A DNA stretch of 64,000 nt from Microbacteriaceae bacterium (GTDB lineage Bacteria; Actinomycetota; Actinomycetes; Actinomycetales; Microbacteriaceae), in assembly GCA_024639845.1 (NCBI GenBank), contig JAHEGG010000001.1:147792-211791 (forward strand), read 5' to 3'. Below are positions 47,876-59,242 of the stretch, in pieces. How positions within the stretch are numbered: position 1 is the stretch's first letter; every line of letters begins with the position of its first letter. The notes beneath the pieces are model-generated. The model worked only from the letters and a program-made list of their open reading frames with translations, did no database searches and had not been told where the DNA came from. The translations under genes and the position numbers were made by a program.

Positions 47876-50038
47876 ATGAAACGTCTCGCCAATCTCGTTC
47901 TGAATCACAGCAAACTCGTTTTGATCGGTTTTGTCGGCCTGGTTCTGGCCAGCAGCATCCTAGGATTTCAGGCGTTTGGGGCGCTCAAGGGTGGGGGTTA
48001 TGACAACCCAAACGGCGATTCGACCAAAGTCACCAAAGCGCTCGCCGAAGACTTCGGGGTTGACCAAGCCGAGGTCGTCGCGATTCTCGACTTTCCTCGT
48101 TCGGCCGATGACCCGCTCAGTGAAACCATGGGGGCGGCCTTCGCCGATGCACTCAAAAAGAACGAAGCGGTGGATGCCGTCGACTCCTATTACTCGAAGG
48201 GCCACGCCGTCTCGCTCAAGAGCACTGACGGCACTGCGGTCTATTTCTTCATAAACCTCCAAGACGACGTGGTTCAGGCCAAGGTCGTTGAGCAAATGCA
48301 GGCAGAGTTCGGCTCTGGCTTCAATGATGCATCGGTGTATTTTGCCGGCATGGTGGCCGTAACCAACGAACTCAACTCCATCATCAAAGACGACATAACG
48401 CTCGCCGAAATGATCGCCGTTCCCTTGATGATCGTGCTCATGCTTTTCGTGTTCGGTTCACTCGTGGCCGCCGGTCTGCCACTTATGGTCGGCGGTTTGG
48501 CGATTGTCGGGTCGTTCTTTTTCATCTGGCTCTCGACCTTATTCACCGACACCTCGGTGTTCGGCATCAACCTGATTACGGGTATGGGGCTCGGGCTCGG
48601 CGTCGATTACGCCCTGCTGATGGTCAACCGATTCCGCGAAGAACGGCAAAACGGCTCGGATGTTCGCGCAGCTGTCGAACGCACCATGTTGTCTGCCGGT
48701 CGAACCGTGCTTTTCAGCGGAATCACCGTTGCTATCGTTCTCGGCTCGATGTTCATCTTTCCCCAGTACTTCTTGCGTTCGATGGGCTATGCCGGGCTAG
48801 TCGTGGTTGTGCTTGCGCTCGGCGCATCCTTGCTTGCCCTACCGGCGGCGCTTCATCTTTTAGGCGATCGCGTCAACAAATTCACCGTTTATAAGGGTGC
48901 GGTCAAGCACACCGACGACGGCATCTGGGCCGACATCGCTCGCTCGGTGATGAACAAACCGATCCGTGTGGTTCTGGTCGCGTTGCTCGGGCTTGGCTCG
49001 CTCATGGTTTTGGGCAATGGGGTGCAGTTCGGGCAGGTCGACGACCGAGTGCTACCTCGCGACAACCGAGTAGTTCTCGCTTCGAATGTCATTCGCGACC
49101 GATTCGAGGGTCGAGAGGCAAGCCCTGTTGAAATTTTGCTGACCGGTGCCACGGATGCCGAGATCGAGGCTTATGCCAAAAAGTTGAGTCTCGACTCCCA
49201 CGTCGATCAGGTTCGAACTAGCCTCGGATTCTTTGCCGACGGAAAGCTGCTTTATCCATACTCGCCAGCCGATCCAACCGTTTATCAAGCAGGCAACTAC
49301 GACCGGATCATCGCGATTCACAACGTGGAGTCTCGTGCCACCGAAGGCCTACAACTCACCAACCGCATTCGAGCGCTCGATGCCTCGGCATTCGAAAGTG
49401 TTTTGGTTGGAGGAAGTGCCGCGGTCTACACCGACTCAATGCTGGGCATCGAGCAGGGTCTACCCTGGGCTATTACCTGGATCGCCCTTGCGACCTTGAT
49501 TCTTTTGTTCCTATTCACCGGATCGGTGATTCTTCCGATAAAAGCAATTCTTTTGAACTTCTTGTCGCTAGGGGCAACCATCGGCTTCTTGTCGTGGGTG
49601 TTCATCGGCGGACATCTCAAGTTCTTGCTCGGTGACTTTCAAACCACCGGCACCATCGATACTTCGAGCCTCGTGCTCATCGCAGTGCTAACTTTCGGCC
49701 TTTCGATGGACTACGAACTGTTCTTGCTCAGCCGCATCAAGGAGCAACACGACGCCGGTCTCGACACCGCCGAGTCGGTCGCGGTTGGGCTCCAAAAATC
49801 GGGCCGAATCATCACGGCTGCCGCGCTCGTGCTCGGTGTTTCGTTCATTTCATTCATCATCAGCGGAGTGAGCATCATGAAGATGATGGGTCTTGGCATC
49901 GCCTTTGCCGTGTTGCTTGATGCCACGATCATCCGAGCGCTTTTGGTGCCGGCTCTGATGCGCCTGTTCGGCGACGCCAACTGGTGGGCGCCTAAATGGG
50001 CCAAGGCAATCTATCGTCGCGCTGGTCTCGAGCACTAG
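47876..50038 (+). CDS. MMPL-family (RND superfamily) transporter
   Basis: 720 aa with two 6-TM bundles and two extracytoplasmic domains. It has typical MMPL motifs (GMGLGLGVDYALLMVNRFREE; FGLSMDYELFLLSRIKEQ). Confidence 0.88.
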   Translation: MKRLANLVLNHSKLVLIGFVGLVLASSILGFQAFGALKGGGYDNPNGDSTKVTKALAEDFGVDQAEVVAILDFPRSADDPLSETMGAAFADALKKNEAVDAVDSYYSKGHAVSLKSTDGTAVYFFINLQDDVVQAKVVEQMQAEFGSGFNDASVYFAGMVAVTNELNSIIKDDITLAEMIAVPLMIVLMLFVFGSLVAAGLPLMVGGLAIVGSFFFIWLSTLFTDTSVFGINLITGMGLGLGVDYALLMVNRFREERQNGSDVRAAVERTMLSAGRTVLFSGITVAIVLGSMFIFPQYFLRSMGYAGLVVVVLALGASLLALPAALHLLGDRVNKFTVYKGAVKHTDDGIWADIARSVMNKPIRVVLVALLGLGSLMVLGNGVQFGQVDDRVLPRDNRVVLASNVIRDRFEGREASPVEILLTGATDAEIEAYAKKLSLDSHVDQVRTSLGFFADGKLLYPYSPADPTVYQAGNYDRIIAIHNVESRATEGLQLTNRIRALDASAFESVLVGGSAAVYTDSMLGIEQGLPWAITWIALATLILLFLFTGSVILPIKAILLNFLSLGATIGFLSWVFIGGHLKFLLGDFQTTGTIDTSSLVLIAVLTFGLSMDYELFLLSRIKEQHDAGLDTAESVAVGLQKSGRIITAAALVLGVSFISFIISGVSIMKMMGLGIAFAVLLDATIIRALLVPALMRLFGDANWWAPKWAKAIYRRAGLEH

Positions 50039-50065
50039 GCTCGAACCTCGAACAACGGAGCGTTC

Positions 50066-50626
50066 ATGAATCGGCAAGAGTGGCGAAAGAGCAAGGCTCG
50101 CAAGCGACTTAGCGTCGGCATGACCATTGCTCTACCGCTAATGCTGCTCATTTTTGCTGGTCAGATTGTTGTTGGCAGCTTCAATACTGTGAACACCAAA
50201 TCCGGAAAACCCGGTGCCGGCACGGGTGGCCAGCAACTCATGAACGACCCGAATCAAGAAGTCACCGGCGGCATTGCCAACGTCGGCGGCGTGAACGGGC
50301 TGGGCGGCCCGATGAACGGCAACGGCGGAGTCTCGGGGTCGGTGGTTCGTGGGTCTTCGGTCAACCCCAAGGCCATTACAAAGCTCGGCGTCACGATTGT
50401 CGACTTTGATGGCAAGACCCTAGTGTTCGACTACTTCAAAATTCGCATCACCGGTCACCTGAGCACCGAAATGCAGACCAAATGGGCGGGTTCACCAAGA
50501 CTCGCAACTGGAAAGTTGGCTGTGCTTTATGTTCGCGAAAAGCAACTTTATGACGGCTTGCAAGCCACGGATGGTGTGACCGCCGACATCGGTGAAATCG
50601 TGTTCATCGAGGCTCGCGACAACTAG
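50066..50626 (+). CDS. Hypothetical membrane-anchored secreted protein (possible MmpS-like partner)
   Basis: 186 aa with a basic N-terminus plus one TM helix, a Gly/Asn-rich linker and a beta-rich C-terminal domain. It lies immediately downstream of the MMPL gene. Confidence 0.55.
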   Translation: MNRQEWRKSKARKRLSVGMTIALPLMLLIFAGQIVVGSFNTVNTKSGKPGAGTGGQQLMNDPNQEVTGGIANVGGVNGLGGPMNGNGGVSGSVVRGSSVNPKAITKLGVTIVDFDGKTLVFDYFKIRITGHLSTEMQTKWAGSPRLATGKLAVLYVREKQLYDGLQATDGVTADIGEIVFIEARDN

Positions 50627-50690
50627 ACGTTGCTGGGTGGGCTCCCGAGTCACGCAATCCGGTTTGCGCTAAACCAAAATCCGGTTTGCG

Positions 50691-51482
50691 CTAAATCCAA
50701 TCCAAGCGACCTCGCACGGCAGCAACCTGAGCCGCCTCTCGGTCACACAGTGGTCGCAACCCTTCGGCGATTTCGATCAGGTCGCGTGCCGCGGCATCCA
50801 ACTCTTTTTGCAACGCGTTTTCGATGCGGCGCCCAAGCGAAGGGTATTGAATCTCGAATCGTCGAAAACGGTCGAGGTTGTCTTGCTTGCTTTCGGTGCC
50901 AGGCACTGGCGCATGCGCATCGCGAATCAAGCCGAGCAGGTTGCGCAGGGCATATGAACGAATGAACTGCCCGGCAATCAGCGTTTCGCCGCGACGGTGA
51001 CGCCCCGCGCCAATCAGCACCAGCGCCAGAAACAACTCGAACTCTTTGGCCCGATCAAACGGCTTGGCGGCCGATGCGCGTGATCGGGTTTCGATCGCCT
51101 CGAGCCTTGCGGTCAGGTCGGTCTTGTCGACCACGGCTGCCCACGAGTTCACCGAGGCCAGCTCGAGCTCGGCATCTTCGAACACCGCGAACTCAAGCAC
51201 GCGACCGTCGGCGAAAACCACCTTGAGTCCGTGATCGGTTTCGCGCGGATGCAGCACGGCTTCTTCGATGTCTGGAATCCAGCTCAGGTCGCCTCGATAC
51301 TTCTCGCCGAACCCAGCTTTGACTATCAAGAAGAAGTCGTGGTCAGACCACTCGTCGACTCGGCTGTGGTCGGCTGCCGATCCTAGAAAAATGAGCCCAA
51401 TGACGTTCGGGTCTGCATCAGCGCTGGCTGCCAACCGGTCGGAGTATTCGAGAAAGCGGGTGAGCGTGTTATCTGCGGTCAT
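50691..51482 (-). CDS. Nucleotidyltransferase-fold protein (ANT(6)/AadK-like architecture)
   Basis: 263 aa. The N-terminal motif LIFLGSAADHSRVDEWSDHDFFLIV fits the G[SG]-X(9-13)-D-x-D NTase pattern. The rest is helical. Confidence 0.45.
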   Translation of the reverse strand: MTADNTLTRFLEYSDRLAASADADPNVIGLIFLGSAADHSRVDEWSDHDFFLIVKAGFGEKYRGDLSWIPDIEEAVLHPRETDHGLKVVFADGRVLEFAVFEDAELELASVNSWAAVVDKTDLTARLEAIETRSRASAAKPFDRAKEFELFLALVLIGAGRHRRGETLIAGQFIRSYALRNLLGLIRDAHAPVPGTESKQDNLDRFRRFEIQYPSLGRRIENALQKELDAAARDLIEIAEGLRPLCDREAAQVAAVRGRLDWI

Positions 51483-51511
51483 GCTCTAAATCTAAGCGGT
51501 AACCTAGACGC

Positions 51512-52114
51512 ATGCTTATGTCAGACCGCGATATCCGCGCACAAATTGAAGCCGGCAACATCGGCCTAGAGCCACTCGACATGGGGCTGCTTCAGCCTTC
51601 ATCTTTCGACGTTCGCCTCGACCGCTTCTTCAGACTTTTTGACAACCACAAATACGCCTACATCGACCCAGCCGAAGAGATGAGCGAGCTCACTCGTTTT
51701 GTCGAGGTGGCCGCCGACGAGGCGTTCATTCTGCACCCGGGCGAGTTCGTTCTCGGCAGCACCTATGAGTTCGTCACTCTGCCAGACAACATCGCCGCCC
51801 GACTCGAAGGCAAGTCTTCGCTTGGTCGCCTAGGTTTGCTAACCCACTCAACCGCCGGATTCGTCGACCCAGGCTTCAACGGTCACGTGACTCTCGAGCT
51901 AGCCAACGTGAGCAACCTACCTATCAAGTTGTGGCCAGGCATGAAGGTTGGCCAGCTTTGCTTCTTCCAGCTGTCAAGCCCTAGCGAAACCCCTTATGGC
52001 AGCGCCAAATACAACTCTCGCTACCAAGGTCAGCGCGGCCCAACCGCCAGCCGTTCGTTCTACAACTTCTATCGCACCGATGTGGGCAACGAGCCACTCG
52101 AGCAGCGCGATTAG
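51512..52114 (+). CDS. dcd: dCTP deaminase
   Basis: 200 aa: [15 protein letters not shown]...[17 protein letters not shown]... Confidence 0.92.
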   Translation: MLMSDRDIRAQIEAGNIGLEPLDMGLLQPSSFDVRLDRFFRLFDNHKYAYIDPAEEMSELTRFVEVAADEAFILHPGEFVLGSTYEFVTLPDNIAARLEGKSSLGRLGLLTHSTAGFVDPGFNGHVTLELANVSNLPIKLWPGMKVGQLCFFQLSSPSETPYGSAKYNSRYQGQRGPTASRSFYNFYRTDVGNEPLEQRD

Positions 52115-52175
52115 TTCAGTTCAAAGAAGATCCTCCAGTTACTGGATTGGATTTATCCCCAAACAGAGTCATGCG

Positions 52176-52427
52176 TCAACGCGATGCCGGGAAATCGGGG
52201 CTGTTTGGCTCATCTTCCCACGCGCTTTGGTGACCTGCGTGCTCGTCAACGATCTGTTGCAACCGAGCAACTGATTCGGAGGCACTTCGAATTAATGCAA
52301 AGCTCTCCGAATAGCCCTCTAAGGCGGCCCTCAAATCTTTGAAGTTTCTCACAGGGCCGTCCATGCGAAACAGCAGATCCCAGTCCTGCTTCATAGCGAA
52401 TACAAGACAGTCAAACGGTGTGACCAT
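52176..52427 (-). CDS. Hypothetical 83-aa protein
   Basis: ORF in an AT-richer patch, with no recognised motif. Confidence 0.3.
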   Translation of the reverse strand: MVTPFDCLVFAMKQDWDLLFRMDGPVRNFKDLRAALEGYSESFALIRSASESVARLQQIVDEHAGHQSAWEDEPNSPDFPASR

Positions 52428-52460
52428 GAGAGGATTTCGCTAAGGAGTTGATTTTCTAAT

Positions 52461-52880
52461 ATGAACAAAACACTTTCCAAAAACGTTCGTAAACGGCTAA
52501 ACAAAGACGTTCCCGGGCAGGATACGAATGCGATTTTTAATGCAATCGCAGAAAACTATGTGTTTGCACGCAGGGCACGCAAGTTGCTGCTTTCAACTGA
52601 GCAGTTAACCGCTGACGACGTGATTGCTTTGGAGCTTTGGTGGGTTTCCAAGTTATCCAAGGCAGTTGCCGGAACGTTTTCTTTCTTCGCAGCCGTAGGA
52701 TTCATCCTCCTACCTGGGTTTTTCCCAGGAGGTGAACCGACGTACATCGCTATTTTGCGTATAGGCGGTTTGACCTTGGCCGTGGTGTCAACCTACTTTG
52801 TTGCGAAAAAACTTTTGAGTGTCTATTTGTACCACCGAAGACTTCCAGCAATGAGAGCAAAATACTCAGGTCTCAGATAG
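52461..52880 (+). CDS. Hypothetical membrane protein (2-3 TM)
   Basis: 139 aa with a basic N-terminus and then hydrophobic helices. It lies in the AT-richer patch. Confidence 0.45.
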   Translation: MNKTLSKNVRKRLNKDVPGQDTNAIFNAIAENYVFARRARKLLLSTEQLTADDVIALELWWVSKLSKAVAGTFSFFAAVGFILLPGFFPGGEPTYIAILRIGGLTLAVVSTYFVAKKLLSVYLYHRRLPAMRAKYSGLR

Positions 52881-53030
52881 AGCGGTAGTGTGGGCTTCTA
52901 GATCCGCCTCAGCGCAGCCGTTTAAACTATCTGAGGCATCACTGTTCAGCCCGTTTCGATCTCGATTCCCCTGTTTTTAGCCCTCGCCTGCACAGATTGC
53001 ACAAGTTCCTCTGATCAGGTATCTAGTTTT

Positions 53031-54344
53031 TTACTCGATAACGCTGGGGCGCGGGTGCACCCGAAGCAACAGCGCTAGGCCGACAGCGAGAATCGCTATC
53101 AGACCCCAGATGCCGTAGATGGTGGTGTTGCCAGAGACCTTAAGTGCGACGGCTGCGGCGATGCTCACCGACCAGAACGTGCCAGACAAGAACGAAACTG
53201 CTCGCCCGGTGAGTTGGTAGAGGCCGAACACCTCGCCTTCACGGCCAGTTGGGGTGAAGCGTGAAACGAATGTTCGGCTCGAGGCCTGGGCTGGGCCAAC
53301 GAATAGGCAGAGCATGAGGCCGAAGATCCAGTAGGCGGTTGAGCCGATGCCCGCGAAAGCGAAGACGCAAACGCCCGAAACAATCAGGCCGATAAGCGAT
53401 GCCACGATTACGCTGCGTGAGCCAATTCGATCGTCGAGAATTCCGCCGATTGCGGCGCCTAATCCCGAAACGATGTTGGCTGCAACACCAAAGAAGATGA
53501 TCGAAGTTTGGTCGAATCCGAAGGCGAGGGTTCCGAGCACGGCACCGAACGTGAAAACGCCGGCCAGGCCATCGCGATAGATGGCGCTTGAGATTAGAAA
53601 CTTGAAGGTTTCGGGAGCTTGCAGGCGAAGGGTTTTTAGTTGTTGCCAAACCTTCTTATATGACTCGATCACCGATTCATTTGGCCCGGTTGCGCGCTTG
53701 GCGATTTCGGGCACGAACAGAATCATCGGAATCGAGAAGACCAGAATCCAGACCGCGCTAAACAGGAAGATCGAGCGAATGTTGAGACCGTCTTGATTTG
53801 GAATGCCGAACCAAGGAACATCGGGCAGCACGAAGCCGACCAGCGAAACCATGAGCAGAATGATGCCGCCGACATAGCCCAATCCCCAGGCGAATCCGGA
53901 GATTTTGCCAATGTTGGAATCTTTAGTGACCTGCTTCAGCATGGCGTAGTAGTTGATGAACGCCGACTCTTGAATCACCGAGCCCAGGCCATAGAGCACT
54001 AGACCGAACAAGAAGAATTCGGGTTTTGGTTCTACAAAGAACGAAGCCGCCGTGATTGCCACCAAGATGTAGGTGTTGATCACGAGCCAGAACTTGCGTT
54101 TGCCGTTTTCGTCTGATCGGCGACCGAGCACCGGGGCGATGAGTGCCAGCACAACACCTGCGATGGCGGTGGCCCAACCGATGGCCTGGTCGGCTTTTTG
54201 ATCGATCGAGGCAACGGCGCCAGCCAGATAGACCGGAAAGATGAAGGTCTGCATGATCGTTGGGTAGGGCTGTTCGGCCCAGTCCCAGAGCATCCAAGCC
54301 CAGGTGGCGTTGCGTGATTTCGGCGTAACGGCGCTGTTAGTCAT
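53031..54344 (-). CDS. MFS transporter (UMF1/ATG22-like)
   Basis: 437 aa with about 12 TM helices and N-terminus WAWMLWDWAEQPYPTIMQTFIFPVY, typical of the UMF1 family. Confidence 0.8.
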   Translation of the reverse strand: MTNSAVTPKSRNATWAWMLWDWAEQPYPTIMQTFIFPVYLAGAVASIDQKADQAIGWATAIAGVVLALIAPVLGRRSDENGKRKFWLVINTYILVAITAASFFVEPKPEFFLFGLVLYGLGSVIQESAFINYYAMLKQVTKDSNIGKISGFAWGLGYVGGIILLMVSLVGFVLPDVPWFGIPNQDGLNIRSIFLFSAVWILVFSIPMILFVPEIAKRATGPNESVIESYKKVWQQLKTLRLQAPETFKFLISSAIYRDGLAGVFTFGAVLGTLAFGFDQTSIIFFGVAANIVSGLGAAIGGILDDRIGSRSVIVASLIGLIVSGVCVFAFAGIGSTAYWIFGLMLCLFVGPAQASSRTFVSRFTPTGREGEVFGLYQLTGRAVSFLSGTFWSVSIAAAVALKVSGNTTIYGIWGLIAILAVGLALLLRVHPRPSVIE

Positions 54345-54437
54345 GGCTTCACCCTAGACCCGAGCTGGCTTTTGCCTAAGTGTTTCGGCGGTTGTTTCTC
54401 TAATCGTTGCCTTTTTGTCATTTCAAAGGTTTGGGTC

Positions 54438-54464
54438 AAAGTTGAGTCATTCACACTCAACTTT
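54438..54464. promoter_or_regulatory. HAIR (HspR-associated inverted repeat) 1
   Basis: AAAGTTGAGT-cattcac-ACTCAACTTT has perfect 10-bp arms and a 7-nt spacer. It matches the HAIR core TTGAGT-N7-ACTCAA. Confidence 0.85.
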
Positions 54465-54500
54465 CAGCAAATTAACTTGACAATCTTGCGCGGTCGTCGC

Positions 54501-54527
54501 AAACTTGAGTCAATGAGGCTCAACTTT
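54501..54527. promoter_or_regulatory. HAIR 2
   Basis: AAACTTGAGT-caatgag-GCTCAACTTT has 8/10 arm complementarity and ends 72 nt before the dnaK ATG. A TTGACA -35-like hexamer lies between the two HAIRs at 54477-54482. Confidence 0.75.
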
Positions 54528-54598
54528 GGGCCGAATTGCAAAAATTAAACAAATGTCGCGGGTCTAGAGGGGCCGGACATATAAAAGGAGAAACAAAC

Positions 54599-56442
<1,844 letters not shown>

Positions 56443-56443
<1 letters not shown>

Positions 56444-57045
56444 TGGCTGACGAGTTCAACCAAGACGAGGCAGCGGCCCAGGGTGAAAACCCTGAGGCTG
56501 CGGCTTCGGCTGAATCAAACGCTGATGCATCGACTGAAGCCACGACCAACGACAGCGGCGAAAACGCGCCGGTCGATCCGATCGACGCCGAACTAGCCGA
56601 CCTCGTCGATGCAACCGGCCCGATCAGCAAAGAAGCCGAGTTGCTCGCAGACTTGCAGCGGCTACAGGCTGAGTTTGTGAACTATCGCGCCCGCGTCGAA
56701 CGTGACCGCGATGTCTCGCGCAACGCGGCCATCGCCGAGGTTCTTCGCTCGTTGCTCCCGGCACTCGACGACCTGTCGCGCGCCGAAGCACATGGCGATC
56801 TCGAAGGTTCGCCGTTCGCGGCCGTGGTTGCCAAACTTCGTGCGGCCGGCGACAAGTTCGGCCTCAAGCCGTTCGGTGCCAAGGGCGACAAGTTCGACCC
56901 TGAGATCCACGAGGCTCTCGTGCAGACACCATCCAAGGATGTCACCGAGAACACCATCGCGGATGTTGTGGAATCCGGCTACCTAGTGGGCGAGCGCCTG
57001 CTTCGTGCCGCAAAGGTCGCGGTCTTCATCCCAGCGGAGGATTAG
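56443..57045 (+). CDS. grpE: Nucleotide exchange factor GrpE
   Basis: 200 aa with an acidic N-terminus and a GrpE core (FVNYRARVERD...FDPEIHEAL). It has a TAATG overlap with dnaK. Confidence 0.93.
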
Positions 57046-57047
57046 CC

Positions 57048-57977
57048 ATGGCAAGTCAGGACTGGTTCGAGAAAGACTTTTACAAGATTCTCGGTGTTGC
57101 CAAGGATGTTTCTGACGCCGAGCTAAAGAAGGTTTATCGCAAACTGGCTCGCCAGTATCACCCGGATTCGAACCCTGGCGATGCCAAGGCCGAAGCCAAG
57201 TTCAAAGAAATCAGCGAAGCCTTTAGCGTGCTCAGCGACAAAGAACAACGCAAAGAATACGACGCCGTTCGCGCCATGGGCGGTGGCGCTCGTTTCACCG
57301 GCGGCCCAGGCGGGTTTGCCGGCGGGTTCCCTGGCGGCGCTGGCGGTGCCGGATTCGAAGACGTTTTCGCAAACCTTTTCGGCGGCGGGGGTCGTGGAGG
57401 CTTCGGTGGTTTCGGCCCGCAGCGCGGTGCCGACCTAACCACCGCGGTGACGGTCGACTTCATCGACAGCATCCATGGTTCGACCATAAAGTTGCGTCTA
57501 AACAACTCGGGCGAGGCCACCAGCGTCAGGGTGCCGGCCGGCATCCAGGATGGGCAAAAGATCAAGCTTCGCGGCAAGGGCCAGCCCTCGCCAAATGGCG
57601 GTGAGCAGGGCGACCTGTTGATCACGGTGACTGTGAAGCCGCATCCCGTGTTCACTCGCGACGGCAACAACCTGCGAGTCAACGTGCCAGTGACATTTGC
57701 CGAGGCAGTGCTTGGCGCCACCATCCAGGTGCCGACTCTCGGTGGCGACCCAGTGAAACTCAAGGTTGCTCCTGGAACACCGAACGGCAGGGTTTTGCGG
57801 GTCAAGGGCAAGGGTGTTCAGTCGGCCAAAGTGACCGGCGACCTGCTCGCCACTGTTGACATCGCAGTTCCCTCGCACGTCAGCGACAAAGCAGCCAAGC
57901 TTCTCGAAGAATTCTCGGCGTTGTTGGGCGACGAAGATCCGCGAGAAGATTTGCTCAACAAGGCAGGGTTGCTCTAG
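57048..57977 (+). CDS. dnaJ: J-domain co-chaperone lacking the Zn-finger domain (class B / CbpA-like DnaJ)
   Basis: J domain with the HPD motif (ARQYHPDSNPGD), a G/F-rich region and two C-terminal beta domains. There are no Cys residues at all in its 309 aa. Confidence 0.88.
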   Translation: MASQDWFEKDFYKILGVAKDVSDAELKKVYRKLARQYHPDSNPGDAKAEAKFKEISEAFSVLSDKEQRKEYDAVRAMGGGARFTGGPGGFAGGFPGGAGGAGFEDVFANLFGGGGRGGFGGFGPQRGADLTTAVTVDFIDSIHGSTIKLRLNNSGEATSVRVPAGIQDGQKIKLRGKGQPSPNGGEQGDLLITVTVKPHPVFTRDGNNLRVNVPVTFAEAVLGATIQVPTLGGDPVKLKVAPGTPNGRVLRVKGKGVQSAKVTGDLLATVDIAVPSHVSDKAAKLLEEFSALLGDEDPREDLLNKAGLL

Positions 57978-58036
57978 TCGCGCGACCTGCGTGAAGATTG
58001 CATCAAATAGGCACACGAGAGGCATAAGGAGGCGGC

Positions 58037-58450
58037 ATGGAACAGTTCGACGAGAACACTCCGATGTTCGTAATTTCGGTTGCCGCCGAGCTCGCCGTGA
58101 TGCACCCGCAAACTCTTCGCCAGTATGACCGAATGGGGTTGGTCGTACCGACTCGTACCGGTGGCGGCGGACGGCGCTACACGATGCGAAACGTGGCCCA
58201 ACTTCGTGAGATTGCGAGGCTCTCGACCGAAGGTGTAAGCCTCGAGGGCATCAAGCGAGTGCTCGAACTCGAAAACCAGAACGCCGAGCTCAAGCAACGG
58301 GTGCGCGACCTCGAGGCGGCTCTCGCCAACGAGCTCATGCAGCGTCCGGGCAACCGCGTGTTTGCCGCCGGCGACCAAGGAGTTGAGAGTTTGCAGGTGG
58401 GGCAGCGCCCATCCAAGCGCACCGGCATCGTGCTCTGGCGTGCGCGCTAG
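58037..58450 (+). CDS. hspR: Heat-shock repressor HspR (MerR family)
   Basis: 137 aa with N-terminal HTH FVISVAAELAVMHPQTLRQYDRMGLV. It is the last gene of the dnaK operon. Confidence 0.9.
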   Translation: MEQFDENTPMFVISVAAELAVMHPQTLRQYDRMGLVVPTRTGGGGRRYTMRNVAQLREIARLSTEGVSLEGIKRVLELENQNAELKQRVRDLEAALANELMQRPGNRVFAAGDQGVESLQVGQRPSKRTGIVLWRAR

Positions 58451-58462
58451 GTTTGGTCGGCG

Positions 58463-59209
58463 ATGACGTTCGACCAACCTGCCCAGCCGCCCCTCACCGC
58501 CGTTGCCGTGATCAACGCGCTTCGCGCAGTTTCGCCCGCCCAAGATTCCAAGCGAGTCGCCGACCTAAAACGATTCTTCAAGACAGGCCTTGGCGGTTAT
58601 GGCGAGGGTGACCAATTTCTGGGATGCACCGTGCCACAGACCCGCGTGGTGGCAAAGCGTTTTCGACACCTTTCGCTCGACCAGGTCGACGAGCTGCTGG
58701 ATTCGCCGTGGCACGAGGTGCGGCTAACCGGGTTGCACATCCTTGTTGACCAGTTCAAGCGCGCCAAGACCAAGGTGCTTCGAAACGAACTTTTTGACTT
58801 CTATTTAGAAGCACTAATGCGTGGTTGCATCAACAACTGGGATTTGGTCGACACTAGTGCGCCAACCTTCGGGCAAGCGCTCGTCGAGCATCCTCGCAAG
58901 ACACTCATCATCGGGCTATCGAAAAGCCCCGTGTTGTGGGAGCGCCGCGCTGCAATGATTTTCACTTTTGCGCACATTCGAGCCGGCGAGTTCGGCGTGC
59001 CACAGCACATCGCCATGAACCTGCTCAACGACCCGCACGATCTAATTCACAAGGCGGTCGGCTGGATGCTTCGCGAAATCGGTAATCGTGACCTCGAGGT
59101 TCTTCGTGGCTTTTTGGCAAAATTCCACACAAGGATGCCTCGCACGATGCTTCGCTATGCGATTGAGAAACTCGACCCAGACGAACGCAAGCGCTGGATG
59201 GCGCGCTAA
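58463..59209 (+). CDS. DNA alkylation repair protein (AlkD-like HEAT-repeat family)
   Basis: 248 aa containing FFKTGLGGYGEGDQFLGCTVPQTR... and KAVGWMLREIG. Confidence 0.75.
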   Translation: MTFDQPAQPPLTAVAVINALRAVSPAQDSKRVADLKRFFKTGLGGYGEGDQFLGCTVPQTRVVAKRFRHLSLDQVDELLDSPWHEVRLTGLHILVDQFKRAKTKVLRNELFDFYLEALMRGCINNWDLVDTSAPTFGQALVEHPRKTLIIGLSKSPVLWERRAAMIFTFAHIRAGEFGVPQHIAMNLLNDPHDLIHKAVGWMLREIGNRDLEVLRGFLAKFHTRMPRTMLRYAIEKLDPDERKRWMAR

Positions 59210-59242
59210 CTAGAAGTCGAGGTCGGTGCCGTCAGGCGATCG

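Noticed and set aside
50656-50695. A direct repeat AATCCGGTTTGCGCTAAA, two copies at a 22-bp period, between the convergent ORFs 50066..50626 and 50691..51482.
   Set aside because: There are only two copies and the second overlaps the stop codon of the - strand gene. It is most simply a small local duplication or a weak hairpin in a terminator zone. I can attach no further signal to it.
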